Notes: a model not told the origin generated them from the letters alone. A DNA stretch of 64,000 nucleotides from Desulfomonilia bacterium (GCA_050014195.1 JBEKDT010000007.1:150793-214792), one strand, 5' to 3'; positions 49,588 to 59,748 are shown, numbered from the stretch's first letter. Program-made: numbers and translations.

Positions 49588-51201
49588 TCATTCGGGAAGC
49601 CTGAAGACCTTTTCGACTTCGAAAATTTCCGATTTTTTCCTGTCAGCATTCCAGCCCAGCGCTTGTGCTGCGATATCGGCGACTTTCGCTACAACTTTTT
49701 CGCCGGGATTGCCCAGAGTCCCGATACCCGTTCTCCTGAAGAGAATGTCTTTCAACGTGATTGCCATCTCGTTCTCAATTGCATAAACCACCTGGGCCAG
49801 TATCTCTCCATCATCGTTCAGAATTTCTGAGAGCCTCGTATCCTTCCGTGCAAGCATCAGAATCTTGTCGTACTCGGTGCCGTAATTTCTGCCAAGATAT
49901 TCAACGGTCGTATCTTTAAAATCCCTGTTCCCCTGTTTAATGGAATCGATGAACCTTTCGATGTCCTCTATCTCGCAGCCGATAAGCCGTTGTCCGGCGG
50001 TCTTGCACTTGCCGGGCTTTTTCCCTAATCTCTTTTCCACGACCCTTAAGACATTCTGTGCGAGGTTGCGGCTGGTGGTGTACTTGCCGCCCTCAACGGT
50101 TATGAGGCCGTTGAGCCCTACATCCGCGTGGTCAAAGATTTCGTATTTGCGTGTGGTGGTGTGCACGTCCTGCCCCTTCGCATCGAGGAGCGGGCGAAGG
50201 CCCCCGTATGCAAACAGCACGTCACGGTACCCGATGGGATCGTTGTTGCCGAAATCATTGTTTACCGTATCCAGCAGCTCCTGGATGCTCTGCCTGGACA
50301 CGTGGTAGCCATCAGGATCTCCGCCATATTCCTTGTCGGTAGTCCCTATCAGCGAATGCCCGCGCCAGGGGATGAGAAAAAAGTGGCCCGTTTTGGTCAT
50401 GGTGCCCACGGAATGAGCGTTGATGAGCTTCTTCACAATCAGGTGGATGCCTTCGGAGCGGCGTATCTTGTCAGACGAAACCCCCTTTTTTGCCAGCTTG
50501 AGCACGATATCCGCCCAGGGGCCGGTGCAGTTGATGGTAAGTTTTCCCCTGATAGTGTGCGATCTGTTGTCCAGGAGATTGCGCACCGCTATGCCGGAAA
50601 CCCTGTTCCCATCCTCGATGATGAAATTTTCCACTTTTGTGTAATTTGATACTTTTGCCCCGTAACGGACCGCCGACTTAATGAATGCAAGCGTCAGCCG
50701 CTCGGGGAAAATGCTCAGGCAGTCATAGTACACCCTGGCGTCTTTCAGCCCGTAGCGCTTTACGTTCGGCTCCTCTTCGATAACCCGTTCTCTCGAAAGG
50801 GGGTAGTGGTTGCGGATCTTTTTGCTTTTGTCCCAGGTGAATCCCTTGTCAAATGCGAGCAGGTCGTACACGAAAAGCCCTATCTTCATGACGAACGTGG
50901 GATTGATGAACATGAAATTCATGGGATAGACAAAGTTGGGGGCGATGTTCTCCATAATCCTTCGTTCGCTCAGCGACTCGCGTACCAGGCCGAATTCAAG
51001 GTTTTTCAAATAGCGCAATCCGCCATGGATCACCTTGGAAGTAGCGGCCGACGTGGCCCAGCCGAAATCGTTCTTTTCCACAAGCGCTACGCTCAATCCC
51101 CTGCTCGCGGCGTCATAGGCAACCGCCGCGCCGGTTATGCCGCCGCCTATCACGATGATGTCGAATGATTCGTTCCGGTAGTCCTCAATGAAACGCTTCA
51201 T
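49588..51201 (-). CDS. glpD: FAD-dependent glycerol-3-phosphate dehydrogenase/oxidase family protein
   Basis: GGGITG, TSKVIHGGLRYL, GTTD, GGKYTT. Confidence 0.85.
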   Translation of the reverse strand: MKRFIEDYRNESFDIIVIGGGITGAAVAYDAASRGLSVALVEKNDFGWATSAATSKVIHGGLRYLKNLEFGLVRESLSERRIMENIAPNFVYPMNFMFINPTFVMKIGLFVYDLLAFDKGFTWDKSKKIRNHYPLSRERVIEEEPNVKRYGLKDARVYYDCLSIFPERLTLAFIKSAVRYGAKVSNYTKVENFIIEDGNRVSGIAVRNLLDNRSHTIRGKLTINCTGPWADIVLKLAKKGVSSDKIRRSEGIHLIVKKLINAHSVGTMTKTGHFFLIPWRGHSLIGTTDKEYGGDPDGYHVSRQSIQELLDTVNNDFGNNDPIGYRDVLFAYGGLRPLLDAKGQDVHTTTRKYEIFDHADVGLNGLITVEGGKYTTSRNLAQNVLRVVEKRLGKKPGKCKTAGQRLIGCEIEDIERFIDSIKQGNRDFKDTTVEYLGRNYGTEYDKILMLARKDTRLSEILNDDGEILAQVVYAIENEMAITLKDILFRRTGIGTLGNPGEKVVAKVADIAAQALGWNADRKKSEIFEVEKVFRLPE

Positions 51202-51214
51202 GGCAGGTAGCCCT

Positions 51215-52804
51215 TTACCGGTTTATTTTGTTAAAACTTGCCCTGTTATTCTTATACAGCGCCTTATAGTGTGCAAACAGACTGTCATACAGCGCTTTTG
51301 TGCCCGGATCGGGCCTTAAGAGGCTTCCCTTTTTCAGCATCCTGTTTATCTCCTTGAAATCCCGGTAAATCCTTAAGGAGACCATCGCGATGGTCGCTAC
51401 GCCCTGGGCCGATGCCATCTGGGGGTTCATCATCTGCACGACCGGCCTCTGCAGGACGTCGGCGAAGATCTGGCACCATACGTCGCTCTTTGAAGCGCCA
51501 CCTATCAATCGGACTTCATCCGTGGTCGGCCGGGTCTTTTTAGCCGACAGTGCTTCCACGCATTCCATTCCCCAGCGGATGTTGAAGGCAACCCCTTCCA
51601 TCGCCGCCCGGCAGAGATCGGCCCTGGTTGTATTGAGGCCGATATTGAATATCTGTCCGCGCAGGTAGGGATTGTTGATAGGCGACCGCTCCCCGAAAAG
51701 CCACGGAGTCAGAATGACGCTGTTCGCGCCTGGGGCCGATCGCGCCGCTTCCTCGTTCACCTTAGCGTATATCTCAGCGGATGATGCCCCTTTCGTGAGC
51801 TCGGAGGGGTAAAGCATGCCTTTCACCCAGTCGAGAGCAGCGCCCAGGGTTTCCTGCTTGCTGATCAGAAGATACACGCCGGGAATCCCTGAAACGATTG
51901 TTCCTATGTAATGGCGCGTATCGACGGCATGGCCCGGGAAGTGTGTGGCAACCCAGCCGGCGGTGCCGATGTTGACGTGCAGATCCCCCATCTCGATGGC
52001 GCCCGAACCGATCGCCGAGGTGAGGAGGTCGCCTGAGCCGTTCACCACGGGAAGGCCCTCCGGTACGCCGGTCTTTGCGGAAAATTCCGATGTGACGGTG
52101 CCTGCGATTGCAGTTGACGGTTTGAGCTCCGGCATCTTGCGTGTGTCGAGCCCGTACATGCGGTGGATATCTTCCGACCATGTCCACTTTCCCTGGTCCT
52201 TTTTCCGCGTATCCATGAGCCATGTGATGTACGCCATATCGTATGAGCTCACATAATTTCCGGTGGCAAGAAAGACGGCATAATCCTTTACGTCGAGAAA
52301 CTTGTGAACGGAATCATACAAATCGGGCTTGTTCTTTTTCATCCACGCGAGCTTGCATACGGTATCCTTCCCGTTTTTTCCCGGCATGCCGCCGGTTATT
52401 CTCAGGAACTTTATGAGCTTTGAGACCGGGTAGCCCTCGATCTTGATGAGCCCCCTGTACATCTCTTCCTGGGTGAACCGGGCTGCGCGCTCATCCATCC
52501 AGGAGAGCATGTTCATGAGAGGTTTTCCGTCTCTGCCCACAGGAATCGTGTTCTGCATCTGGCTCGTAAACACGATTCCTGCAAGCCTGCCGATCAGGTC
52601 GGGATGCGCCGCAAGAACATCCCTGCTGGATGCATATATCGCATCCGACAGCTCCTCCGGAGATTGCTCAACACACGACTTTGCCGGATACGAGAGGCTG
52701 CATGCACACTGATTTGAATCTATGTATCCGTCAGGGCTCACCAGCACTGCTTTCGTTTCCGTAGTACCGATATCAACGGCAAGTATGAGATTTTTTTCTT
52801 CCAT
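51215..52804 (-). CDS. FGGY-family carbohydrate kinase (xylulokinase-like)
   Basis: DIGTTETK, WMDER, GERSP, GGASKS. Confidence 0.88.
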   Translation of the reverse strand: MEEKNLILAVDIGTTETKAVLVSPDGYIDSNQCACSLSYPAKSCVEQSPEELSDAIYASSRDVLAAHPDLIGRLAGIVFTSQMQNTIPVGRDGKPLMNMLSWMDERAARFTQEEMYRGLIKIEGYPVSKLIKFLRITGGMPGKNGKDTVCKLAWMKKNKPDLYDSVHKFLDVKDYAVFLATGNYVSSYDMAYITWLMDTRKKDQGKWTWSEDIHRMYGLDTRKMPELKPSTAIAGTVTSEFSAKTGVPEGLPVVNGSGDLLTSAIGSGAIEMGDLHVNIGTAGWVATHFPGHAVDTRHYIGTIVSGIPGVYLLISKQETLGAALDWVKGMLYPSELTKGASSAEIYAKVNEEAARSAPGANSVILTPWLFGERSPINNPYLRGQIFNIGLNTTRADLCRAAMEGVAFNIRWGMECVEALSAKKTRPTTDEVRLIGGASKSDVWCQIFADVLQRPVVQMMNPQMASAQGVATIAMVSLRIYRDFKEINRMLKKGSLLRPDPGTKALYDSLFAHYKALYKNNRASFNKINR

Positions 52805-52877
52805 GATCACCTCTCCCTTATGATTATATTTCAAAGCCAATCACAAAATTCATAATTCAAAGAAATCTCCGGGAACA

Positions 52878-53711
52878 TTACAGCACCGCACAGAGGATGT
52901 TCGTTTGCTTCGGTACTGGAAGGTCTTCTGGGTGCTGCCGGAAGTACCGCACCTCAGCCTCTTCGGGTGAAAGGAACTCCACTCTGGCAAAGCCGAGGCC
53001 ACGCAGTTTTACTTCGAGCACATCAGGCTCGAAGTAACTCACCCAAGGTTCGCCAAGGCCTGCGGTGCGCCGGGCGAGTGGCGAAGGAGAGTCGCCTGGC
53101 GGCCGCACGAATGTAAGCACGATCTCACTGCCCGCCGGAAACGTTGCGACAGACCGGAGCACGGCATCGATGGCGTCTTCTTTGAGGTACATCGTCACAC
53201 CCAGCCAGGAGAAGAAGGTCGGCTCGTCCATCGAGACATGATACCTAAGCAGGCCATCGAGTAACGATTCGTGTTCGAAGTCGATGTCGGCAAAGGCTGT
53301 GTTCTGGGGCATTGCGAGGCCGGCTGCGGCAAGATGGGAACGTTTCATGGTTTGTGTCCCCGGATGGTCGACCTCGAAAATCTTCAAAGCCTGCGCCCAT
53401 GGAGGTTGCCTGAGTGCAAAGGTATCGAAGCCTGCCCCCAGGATGACATACTGCGTAATTCCGCGAAGGACCGCAGCGGCGAGCCGGTCCTCGGCGAACC
53501 GCGAACGCAGAACTACATGAGCGCGCAATGCAAGCCCTTCGGGAGTTCGATAGTGATCCGCCGTATCTTTGATCCGCTGCAATGCAGCCGGTCCAAGCAA
53601 TGACAATGCAACCGGATCATCAAGGATCCGCGGCCGTGTTTCAAACAACTGATGCGCAGCCCTCAGGTATGCGGTTCCCAGCGCCGTGCGACTCGCTTTA
53701 TGATCTGACAT
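52878..53711 (-). CDS. SAM-dependent methyltransferase (leucine carboxyl methyltransferase-like); probable cassette
   Basis: VILGAGFDT, FEVDHP, WLGVTMYL; preceded by an attC. Confidence 0.88.
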   Translation of the reverse strand: MSDHKASRTALGTAYLRAAHQLFETRPRILDDPVALSLLGPAALQRIKDTADHYRTPEGLALRAHVVLRSRFAEDRLAAAVLRGITQYVILGAGFDTFALRQPPWAQALKIFEVDHPGTQTMKRSHLAAAGLAMPQNTAFADIDFEHESLLDGLLRYHVSMDEPTFFSWLGVTMYLKEDAIDAVLRSVATFPAGSEIVLTFVRPPGDSPSPLARRTAGLGEPWVSYFEPDVLEVKLRGLGFARVEFLSPEEAEVRYFRQHPEDLPVPKQTNILCAVL

Positions 53712-53743
53712 TGTGCGAAGCTCCCTTCAAGTTGTGGACTGAG

Positions 53744-53801
53744 GTCTAGCCGCCGCAGCTCAGCTGCGGCTGTAAGCCATCCGCTGGATTATTTGTTATC
53801 T
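53744..53801 (-). mobile_element. attC site (degenerate core)
   Basis: Minus strand AGATAAC-AAATAATCCAGCGGATGGC...GCCGCAGCTGAGCTGCGGCG-GCTAGAC. Confidence 0.6.
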
Positions 53802-53820
53802 TCAATTCTGTACCATACCA

Positions 53821-54594
53821 TTAATACTCAGAAGGTAGAAATTGAGAGAGAATTTTATTCGTAACAAATCGTGGGAGAAATCTCCCAAGTATAATTCCTG
53901 TCTTCAAAGAAAGAGGAAACATATACTCTTGTATCTCGAACTGCAGAGCCTTTAAGATGTGTTTTGCTGCATCTTCTTCACTTATTGAAAATGGCTTGGG
54001 AATTCCATCTTCCTTATTTTTCTCTGTATTCACAAAGCCAGGACAAATTGTAACTACCCTGATATGAAAAGGTTTCAACTCAATTCTGGCAGTATCTAAA
54101 AAGATGCGACATGCTGCTTTTGCAGCTGAATATTGCCCTTGCATGGGAAGTCCCAAGAATCCTGCCAGTGAGTTTGTATTGGCGATAATTCCACCCGAAC
54201 CCTGGGTTTTCATCTGACGTACCAGTGGACAGAAATAATTAATCATCGAATCATAATTCACCCGCATGTTTTCTTTGATTTCATCAGGAGAGGCCTTTGC
54301 GGTGTTGAGCGCAGGCCCGGCACCAACATTCAGTAATGCGATGTCTATGTGAGCAAATCGAGAAACAGCCTCCTGAACGGTCCTTGCCGCTTGTTCCTCG
54401 TCCAGTGCGTCTCCCGGGATTGCCAAAGCTTCACTGCCGTTCTTTTGTATGGTTTCTGCTACATTCGTTAATAATTCTTTTCGACGGGCAGTAATGACAA
54501 TACGATTTTGTTTATGACTCAGTGCCAATGCCACGGCTTTTCCTATTCCAGACGAAGCTCCGGTGATCAAGACTACTTTCTGTTGTATATCCAT
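53821..54594 (-). CDS. SDR family oxidoreductase (gene cassette)
   Basis: TGASSGIG, YSAAK; flanked by attC sites. Confidence 0.9.
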   Translation of the reverse strand: MDIQQKVVLITGASSGIGKAVALALSHKQNRIVITARRKELLTNVAETIQKNGSEALAIPGDALDEEQAARTVQEAVSRFAHIDIALLNVGAGPALNTAKASPDEIKENMRVNYDSMINYFCPLVRQMKTQGSGGIIANTNSLAGFLGLPMQGQYSAAKAACRIFLDTARIELKPFHIRVVTICPGFVNTEKNKEDGIPKPFSISEEDAAKHILKALQFEIQEYMFPLSLKTGIILGRFLPRFVTNKILSQFLPSEY

Positions 54595-54638
54595 TGCTCA
54601 TTCTCCTGTTATTAAGATACGAGAAATATAATCTTGAA

Positions 54639-54704
54639 TAATAACGCCCCAGCCCAGCCGCGGCCCCGTGCGGCGGGGACGTCGACCGGAGCGTCTTGTT
54701 TGGC
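54639..54704 (-). mobile_element. attC site
   Basis: Minus strand GCCAAAC-AAGACGCTCCGGTCGACG...CGCGGCTGGGCTGGGGC-GTTATTA immediately after the stop codon. Confidence 0.75.
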
Positions 54705-54705
54705 G

Positions 54706-55035
54706 TTATCGTTTAGTAATGCGTTCAAGAAGTGTCTGGATGTGAGCGCGGCGGTCACTGAAATCGATAAGAGGAGTCACTCGCGTATCAGCGACCGTCC
54801 ACAAGGGAAGGCTGGAAACGAGCTGATCAAGCTGCTGGGTTGTTTCCACATCCGCGATGAAGCGTAGTGCAATGCGTCCGGCTACTGGTCCGCCTGCCAC
54901 GATGCAGCCTTCTTGAGCAAGCTGTTCGGCCTTGGCGAGTGTCGGGAAAATAATGCCTTCGATGAAGGAGCGAGCGGTGTCTTCGGTAAACGGCTGGCCT
55001 GTCTTGATATGGTCAAGCTCGACGAGGAATTTCAT
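54706..55035 (-). CDS. Muconolactone isomerase/YCII-like small protein
   Basis: MKFLVE...QLDQLVSSLPLW...VTPL. Confidence 0.65.
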   Translation of the reverse strand: MKFLVELDHIKTGQPFTEDTARSFIEGIIFPTLAKAEQLAQEGCIVAGGPVAGRIALRFIADVETTQQLDQLVSSLPLWTVADTRVTPLIDFSDRRAHIQTLLERITKR

Positions 55036-55079
55036 TTTGGTGCCCTTTCTTTTTATCATATCTGTTGTTCATATGATCC

Positions 55080-55105
55080 CCGCACCGGGCTATAGCCCGG
55101 TGCGG
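55080..55105. terminator. Perfect palindrome (terminator or stability hairpin) after the ABC substrate-binding gene
   Basis: CCGCACCGGGCTATAGCCCGGTGCGG. Confidence 0.55.
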
Positions 55106-55120
55106 GGGAGAAAAGCGATA

Positions 55121-56143
55121 TTAGTCGACAGGCTTTGCAATCTTCAGGATATCCATAGGCAGGGTGACACCAATCTCCTTCAATGACTTTTCATCCACCA
55201 GGATATTGAGGTCCTCTTGTCGTAATATGGGGAGAGAATCTGGGTTTGCGCCATCTTTGAGGATCTTTACCGCCTGCTGGCCGGAGAGCATACCCACATA
55301 TCCGAAATCAGAGCCGACATAGAATGCCGCCCCTGGTACCTTATAGAGTACGAAACTGATGGCCGGGATCTTGACGGTCTTTCTATATGCATAGAGCTCC
55401 AAGCTGGGCTCGTTATTCCTTAAAGCATAGTAGGTATCGAGCGGGACGATAAAGGCCTGTGCTCCCTGGGCCACAAGCTCTTTGGCAACAGGGGTGATAG
55501 GGTCGCTCTTTCCCACCTGCTTGGTGACGAAGGTTATGCCCATGGAGGAACCGGTCTTTTTGGCCTCTTCCACCTGTGCTACGGCGTTGTCGTCATCGCT
55601 GTAGATGATTCCAAAGGTATGTGTCTTCGGGAATGCCAGCTTGACGATTTTGAGCATGTCCTTCATGTTCATGTACAGCGTGGCGCCGGTAAACCCCGGG
55701 CCTGCCTCAGTCAGCGACTTGCACCCGGCGGCGGTGGGGATGGCAACGGAGGTGAACACGAGCGGTATACCTGCAGCGATGATCTTGTCCTTGGCGTATT
55801 TGGTTGCCGGTGTGCCTATGGTGAGCACAAGGTCCGGCTTGTCTTCGGCGATACGGGAGGCCTCGCTCTTGATGCGCATGAGCACGCCTATTTTCTTCCA
55901 CAAGCCGCCATTCTCAATATCGAAATCAATAACAGTGCGTTTTATCGTGAGGTTCTTCCCCTGGACGATGCCGTTTTTCGCAAGCTCTTTGAAGAAACTG
56001 CTGTAGCATGTCTGGAAGACTGGGATATTCGTAACCTGCAGAACATCTATCCGATAGTTCTTTTCTGCGGCGAAGCACGGAATAGAAAGGAACACGAGAA
56101 GCAGGAAACAAACGCCTAAGGACACCTCTTTTCTCATCGTCAT
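55121..56143 (-). CDS. ABC transporter substrate-binding protein (orphan)
   Basis: Signal peptide; PDLVLTIGTPA, IPLVFTSV, GQQAVKILKDG. Confidence 0.85.
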   Translation of the reverse strand: MTMRKEVSLGVCFLLLVFLSIPCFAAEKNYRIDVLQVTNIPVFQTCYSSFFKELAKNGIVQGKNLTIKRTVIDFDIENGGLWKKIGVLMRIKSEASRIAEDKPDLVLTIGTPATKYAKDKIIAAGIPLVFTSVAIPTAAGCKSLTEAGPGFTGATLYMNMKDMLKIVKLAFPKTHTFGIIYSDDDNAVAQVEEAKKTGSSMGITFVTKQVGKSDPITPVAKELVAQGAQAFIVPLDTYYALRNNEPSLELYAYRKTVKIPAISFVLYKVPGAAFYVGSDFGYVGMLSGQQAVKILKDGANPDSLPILRQEDLNILVDEKSLKEIGVTLPMDILKIAKPVD

Positions 56144-56414
56144 ATGCTCACTCCTTTCATTTTACAATACACCCACTTCATGGTTTCATATCCTATGTAT
56201 GGATACAATCCCCCACTGACCTATGGATCAGCCTTTCTATCAAGATGTATTAGACACATACCTTCCCATGAGTCAATTTTTTAAAAGGGATTGGCGGAAT
56301 ATTGAGGTTTTTTATTTGACTTCTTGAATGTTTCTGAGTTTGATGAGAGCGATAACGTCAGTCATGATCCGCAGGAAATCACCTTTCCTGTATTGTAATA
56401 AAAGGAGGTGCACA

Positions 56415-57239
56415 ATGACAACTAAGGCCCGGCAGAGCATGTTGAAGGCGAATGATGGTGTTGAGCTTTTCCTGTCGCAAAGCAACGTTGACAATCCCAG
56501 GGCGGTTTTCGTCATTGTCCATGGGCTGTGTGAGCATTCCGGTCGTTATGACTATGTAGCCTCTCGCCTCAATGACTGGGGCTATTCAGTCTACCTATTT
56601 GACAACAGGGGCCATGGCCGCTCGAAGGGAAAACCTGTGTTCGTAGAGGATTTCCAGAATTTTATTGACGATGCCGAGACAGTCGTGGGCAGTGCCAAGC
56701 AGGAAAACCCAGGTATCCCGCTTTTCATGCTTGGGCATAGCATGGGCGGATTCATCAGCGCCTCCTACGGTGTAAAGTACCCGGGACGCCTCTCGGGTCA
56801 GGTGCTCTCAGCACCTCCGGTCATCGTCCTGCCTGCCCTCAAAGGTCTGGAATCCTTTGATTACAACGCCACTCCCCTTGCGCCCATTCCCAACTCCCTG
56901 ACTGATCTGATCTCCCGGGACCCCAAAGTTGTAAAGGCCTACACGGATGATCCGCTCGTGCCCAAGGAATTCACTACCAAGCTCATGGGCGAAGTATTTA
57001 TCCGGGGAGGGAAGTGGATTATGGAGAATATGGGTGCTTATCGCTACCCATGTCTCATCCTTCACGGCGGCTCTGACCAGATCGTTCCACCCGATGCATC
57101 GCGATACTTCTATGACCACATCGCCTCAACTGACAAACAGATAAAGATATACGACGGCCTCTACCATGAAATACTCAATGAGCCTGAAAAGGACATCGTG
57201 CTTGAAGATATCCATACCTGGATCGAAGGCCGGATCTGA
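56415..57239 (+). CDS. Alpha/beta hydrolase, lysophospholipase family
   Basis: HGLCEHSGRY, GHSMGG, HGGSD, HEILNEPE. Confidence 0.92.
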   Translation: MTTKARQSMLKANDGVELFLSQSNVDNPRAVFVIVHGLCEHSGRYDYVASRLNDWGYSVYLFDNRGHGRSKGKPVFVEDFQNFIDDAETVVGSAKQENPGIPLFMLGHSMGGFISASYGVKYPGRLSGQVLSAPPVIVLPALKGLESFDYNATPLAPIPNSLTDLISRDPKVVKAYTDDPLVPKEFTTKLMGEVFIRGGKWIMENMGAYRYPCLILHGGSDQIVPPDASRYFYDHIASTDKQIKIYDGLYHEILNEPEKDIVLEDIHTWIEGRI

Positions 57240-57280
57240 TGTTACTGTCGCTCTCTGCGTGTGGAAAACGTAGGAATTCT

Positions 57281-57331
57281 GTGGCGCATCACCGGCGGCT
57301 TTAGCCGTCCGGTGGGATGCGATTGTTCCAC
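57281..57331 (-). mobile_element. attC site with disrupted right end
   Basis: GTGGAAC-AATCGCATCCCACCGGACGGCTAAAGCCGCCGGTGATGCG; centre nearly identical to the attC at 59749. Confidence 0.7.
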
Positions 57332-57342
57332 GTAGGCCACTT

Positions 57343-57723
57343 TTAACCCGTTACCTGGAATTCAAGGATGTCTTTTATAAGTCTGAAATGGCCATCAAGT
57401 GAATATATTTCACAACGATTCTGTTTTGCATTTTGGGCAATAATCAGATCAGGAATACCGATTCCGTTTAAACCATTTTTCAAACATTTGAACTGAAACT
57501 CAATAATTTGATTCCAGTCAATCAATAAACTTAACTTGTTAATATTATATAATAAGTTAATAACCTTCTGTTGATTGCGAACTTTTAAGAATGGAACCAG
57601 TTCTGCAAGAATAAGGTCATTAATAACAATAAGATTTTCATCAATTAAGAAATCAAGTTTTTCAGAATTATTTCCACTCCTGAAATATTCTATCCATATG
57701 GATGTATCGACTAATGTCGACAT
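57343..57723 (-). CDS. vapC: VapC-like PIN-domain toxin
   Basis: LVDTSIWI, E, DLIIA, SLDGHF. Confidence 0.9.
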   Translation of the reverse strand: MSTLVDTSIWIEYFRSGNNSEKLDFLIDENLIVINDLILAELVPFLKVRNQQKVINLLYNINKLSLLIDWNQIIEFQFKCLKNGLNGIGIPDLIIAQNAKQNRCEIYSLDGHFRLIKDILEFQVTG

Positions 57724-57914
57724 TGACGTCCTCTAATAGCGTTCATATCAATGTCCAAATCAACCTTCCCTTTAAATTTTTTCAAACCGGATATTTTTGA
57801 TTTCCTTATTAAATCTTCTAAAGCAGTGATAATGAGTTGTGTTTTTGTATTAATTTGGGTAGCCTTCATAGCCTCATCAATTAAATCTTTAGGTAAATCG
57901 AGTGTTGTTCTCAT
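57711..57914 (-). CDS. vapB: VapB-like antitoxin
   Basis: MRTTLDLPKDLIDEAMK; overlaps the toxin; TTGACA promoter with TATGCAT repeats upstream. Confidence 0.85.
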   Translation of the reverse strand: MRTTLDLPKDLIDEAMKATQINTKTQLIITALEDLIRKSKISGLKKFKGKVDLDIDMNAIRGRQCRH

Positions 57915-57970
57915 GATTGGCCTCCATATGCATAAAAATAACATTTAATGCATACGATGTCAAGTTCTAC

Positions 57971-57995
57971 GCCGAACGTGAAGCTCACCTGCCGC
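57971..57995 (-). mobile_element. Right half of an attC site
   Basis: GCGGCAGGTGAGCTTCAC-GTTCGGC directly after the stop codon; left half not seen. Confidence 0.55.
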
Positions 57996-59108
57996 TCAAG
58001 CAAGACGCTCTGCTGTCTCTTTGAGTTTCAAAATGCCCCATTCAATTTTGTCCGGCTCATAAGCCGGAAAGGTCAATCTGATAAAAAGACCTCTCCTGCG
58101 CTTTTCTTCCTTACAGTTGGGAGGGAAAACATCCCACGCAGCAACTACACCCACACCCGCTTGCTTTGCGGATTCGATGAAGGATGCTTCTTTATCACTT
58201 GAAATATTCTCCAGGGTGAGGGGGGCAAAAAAGCCACCGCTGATTGCAACTGGAAACGCTCCAGGGAACTGGCTATTAAGCGCGGTATTTAATGCCTCCA
58301 TTCTTGGTTTGTACAGTTTGCACAAGTATTTGACGAAATCGTCATACCGTCCCGATTCAATAAAATCGGCTATGAACGCCTGGGTCGGCAGGTTGGGGTT
58401 TATGCGTGTATTGGCAATAATGCCGGATAGATGCCCCACATAATGATTTGGAACGATCATATACCCGCACTTAGTTCCCGGAGAGATCGTTTTCGTAAAA
58501 GAGCTTGTTAAAATGGGTCCCCATTCTGAGACTTCTATCGAGCCATTCGTTTTTCCATCATACCGAAGGGCTTGATAACAGATATCCCATACGCACAGGA
58601 TACTATGTTCCCGGCAAACGCGTTCAACATCCTTTCGGTTCTCTTCTGTGTAGTTGATCCCTGTTGGGTTTTGATGGAACGGTATTCCGTAAAAAGCCGC
58701 AACCGCGTTCTTATTAGCCACGTCTCTAAATTGGTTCAAATCGACTCCTTCCGGTGTCAATTTAACGCCAATCAAATGATGTCCATAGCACTTTGCATCG
58801 AGTACTACTCGATCGTAACTTGCTTCTTCAACAATGATATTGCTTTCTCTGGGGAGAGACTTGAAAAAAAGCGAGATAACCTCCATGCCGCCGTTGCCGA
58901 CAATAACTCGATCCGGATTAACACGATGTAAGCTGCCAATCAGATCCCGCAGTGGCTTGAACCCGGTAAAATGGCCGTATTGAAGCACATCCGTCCCATA
59001 CCGCCTGATGACTTTTCCGTATCCCTCTGACGCCATTGGAATAAGGCGTGATAAGGCTTCTTCCGCAGGAACCCCACGCAAGAAATTGATTGATTGTTTC
59101 TCACTCAT
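57996..59108 (-). CDS. PLP-dependent aminotransferase class I/II (gene cassette)
   Basis: HQNPTG, WDICY, SFTKTISPG. Confidence 0.88.
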   Translation of the reverse strand: MSEKQSINFLRGVPAEEALSRLIPMASEGYGKVIRRYGTDVLQYGHFTGFKPLRDLIGSLHRVNPDRVIVGNGGMEVISLFFKSLPRESNIIVEEASYDRVVLDAKCYGHHLIGVKLTPEGVDLNQFRDVANKNAVAAFYGIPFHQNPTGINYTEENRKDVERVCREHSILCVWDICYQALRYDGKTNGSIEVSEWGPILTSSFTKTISPGTKCGYMIVPNHYVGHLSGIIANTRINPNLPTQAFIADFIESGRYDDFVKYLCKLYKPRMEALNTALNSQFPGAFPVAISGGFFAPLTLENISSDKEASFIESAKQAGVGVVAAWDVFPPNCKEEKRRRGLFIRLTFPAYEPDKIEWGILKLKETAERLA

Positions 59109-59144
59109 TTTGCCCTTTGTGATCTCCTTTCATTTTTTAGTAAA

Positions 59145-59201
59145 GCATAACATGCTGATCAGCGGCGGCTGAAATCCGCCCGGTGGATTTGCCGGTTCCC
59201 T
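59145..59201 (-). mobile_element. attC site
   Basis: AGGGAAC-CGGCAAATCCACCGGGCGG...GCCGCCGCTGATCAGCAT-GTTATGC. Confidence 0.7.
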
Positions 59202-59459
59202 TTAGCGATAGACATCTTTCCGATGACCTACTTTGACGACCCATATGGTCAGTTCATTATCTTGGATGGAATAGACAATGCGATACAATCCTTGACGTAC
59301 ACGATATCTTTCTTGACCTGTTAATTTTTCACTCCCTGAAGGTCGAGGATCTTCAGCAAGTTTCTTAATGCGATCAAGGATTCTGTTAAGATCCTTTTTG
59401 GGTATTGTCTTAAAATCCTTCTCTACAGACCTTTTGAAAAAGATATTATATGCGGCCAT
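59202..59459 (-). CDS. relE: RelE/ParE-family toxin
   Basis: LAEDPRPSGSEKL...YRVRQGLYRIVY...VGHRKDVYR. Confidence 0.92.
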   Translation of the reverse strand: MAAYNIFFKRSVEKDFKTIPKKDLNRILDRIKKLAEDPRPSGSEKLTGQERYRVRQGLYRIVYSIQDNELTIWVVKVGHRKDVYR

Positions 59460-59679
59460 CTTTTTTTAATCTCTTGACCATTTCATCATAGCTGATCAGA
59501 GGTTCGGTTACTCTTTCCTCAAATGCTTCAATATCTTCAGCGTCTTCTGCAAGAGATTCTCTGACGGCTTCGTTAACCAGATCTGATACAGACCGGGATG
59601 TTTCGACCGCTTTTAATCGCAGTGCCTTATGAATATCCGGATCAAGATATATGGTTGATCTTTTAGCTTGCATTGTCAT
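59446..59679 (-). CDS. CopG/RHH antitoxin
   Basis: RSTIYLDPDIHKALRLKA...SVSDLVNEAVR; own promoter TTGACA-N17-TATAGC. Confidence 0.85.
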   Translation of the reverse strand: MTMQAKRSTIYLDPDIHKALRLKAVETSRSVSDLVNEAVRESLAEDAEDIEAFEERVTEPLISYDEMVKRLKKDGRI

Positions 59680-59748
59680 AATATTACCTCCTATTGACGC
59701 TATAACATTATAACGTCATAATGTCAATTTATCAATAGGGATGTAAGG

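Noticed and set aside
51215-52804. glpK
   Set aside because: Adjacent to glpD, but motifs (WMDER, GERSP) look xylulokinase-like rather than glycerol kinase.
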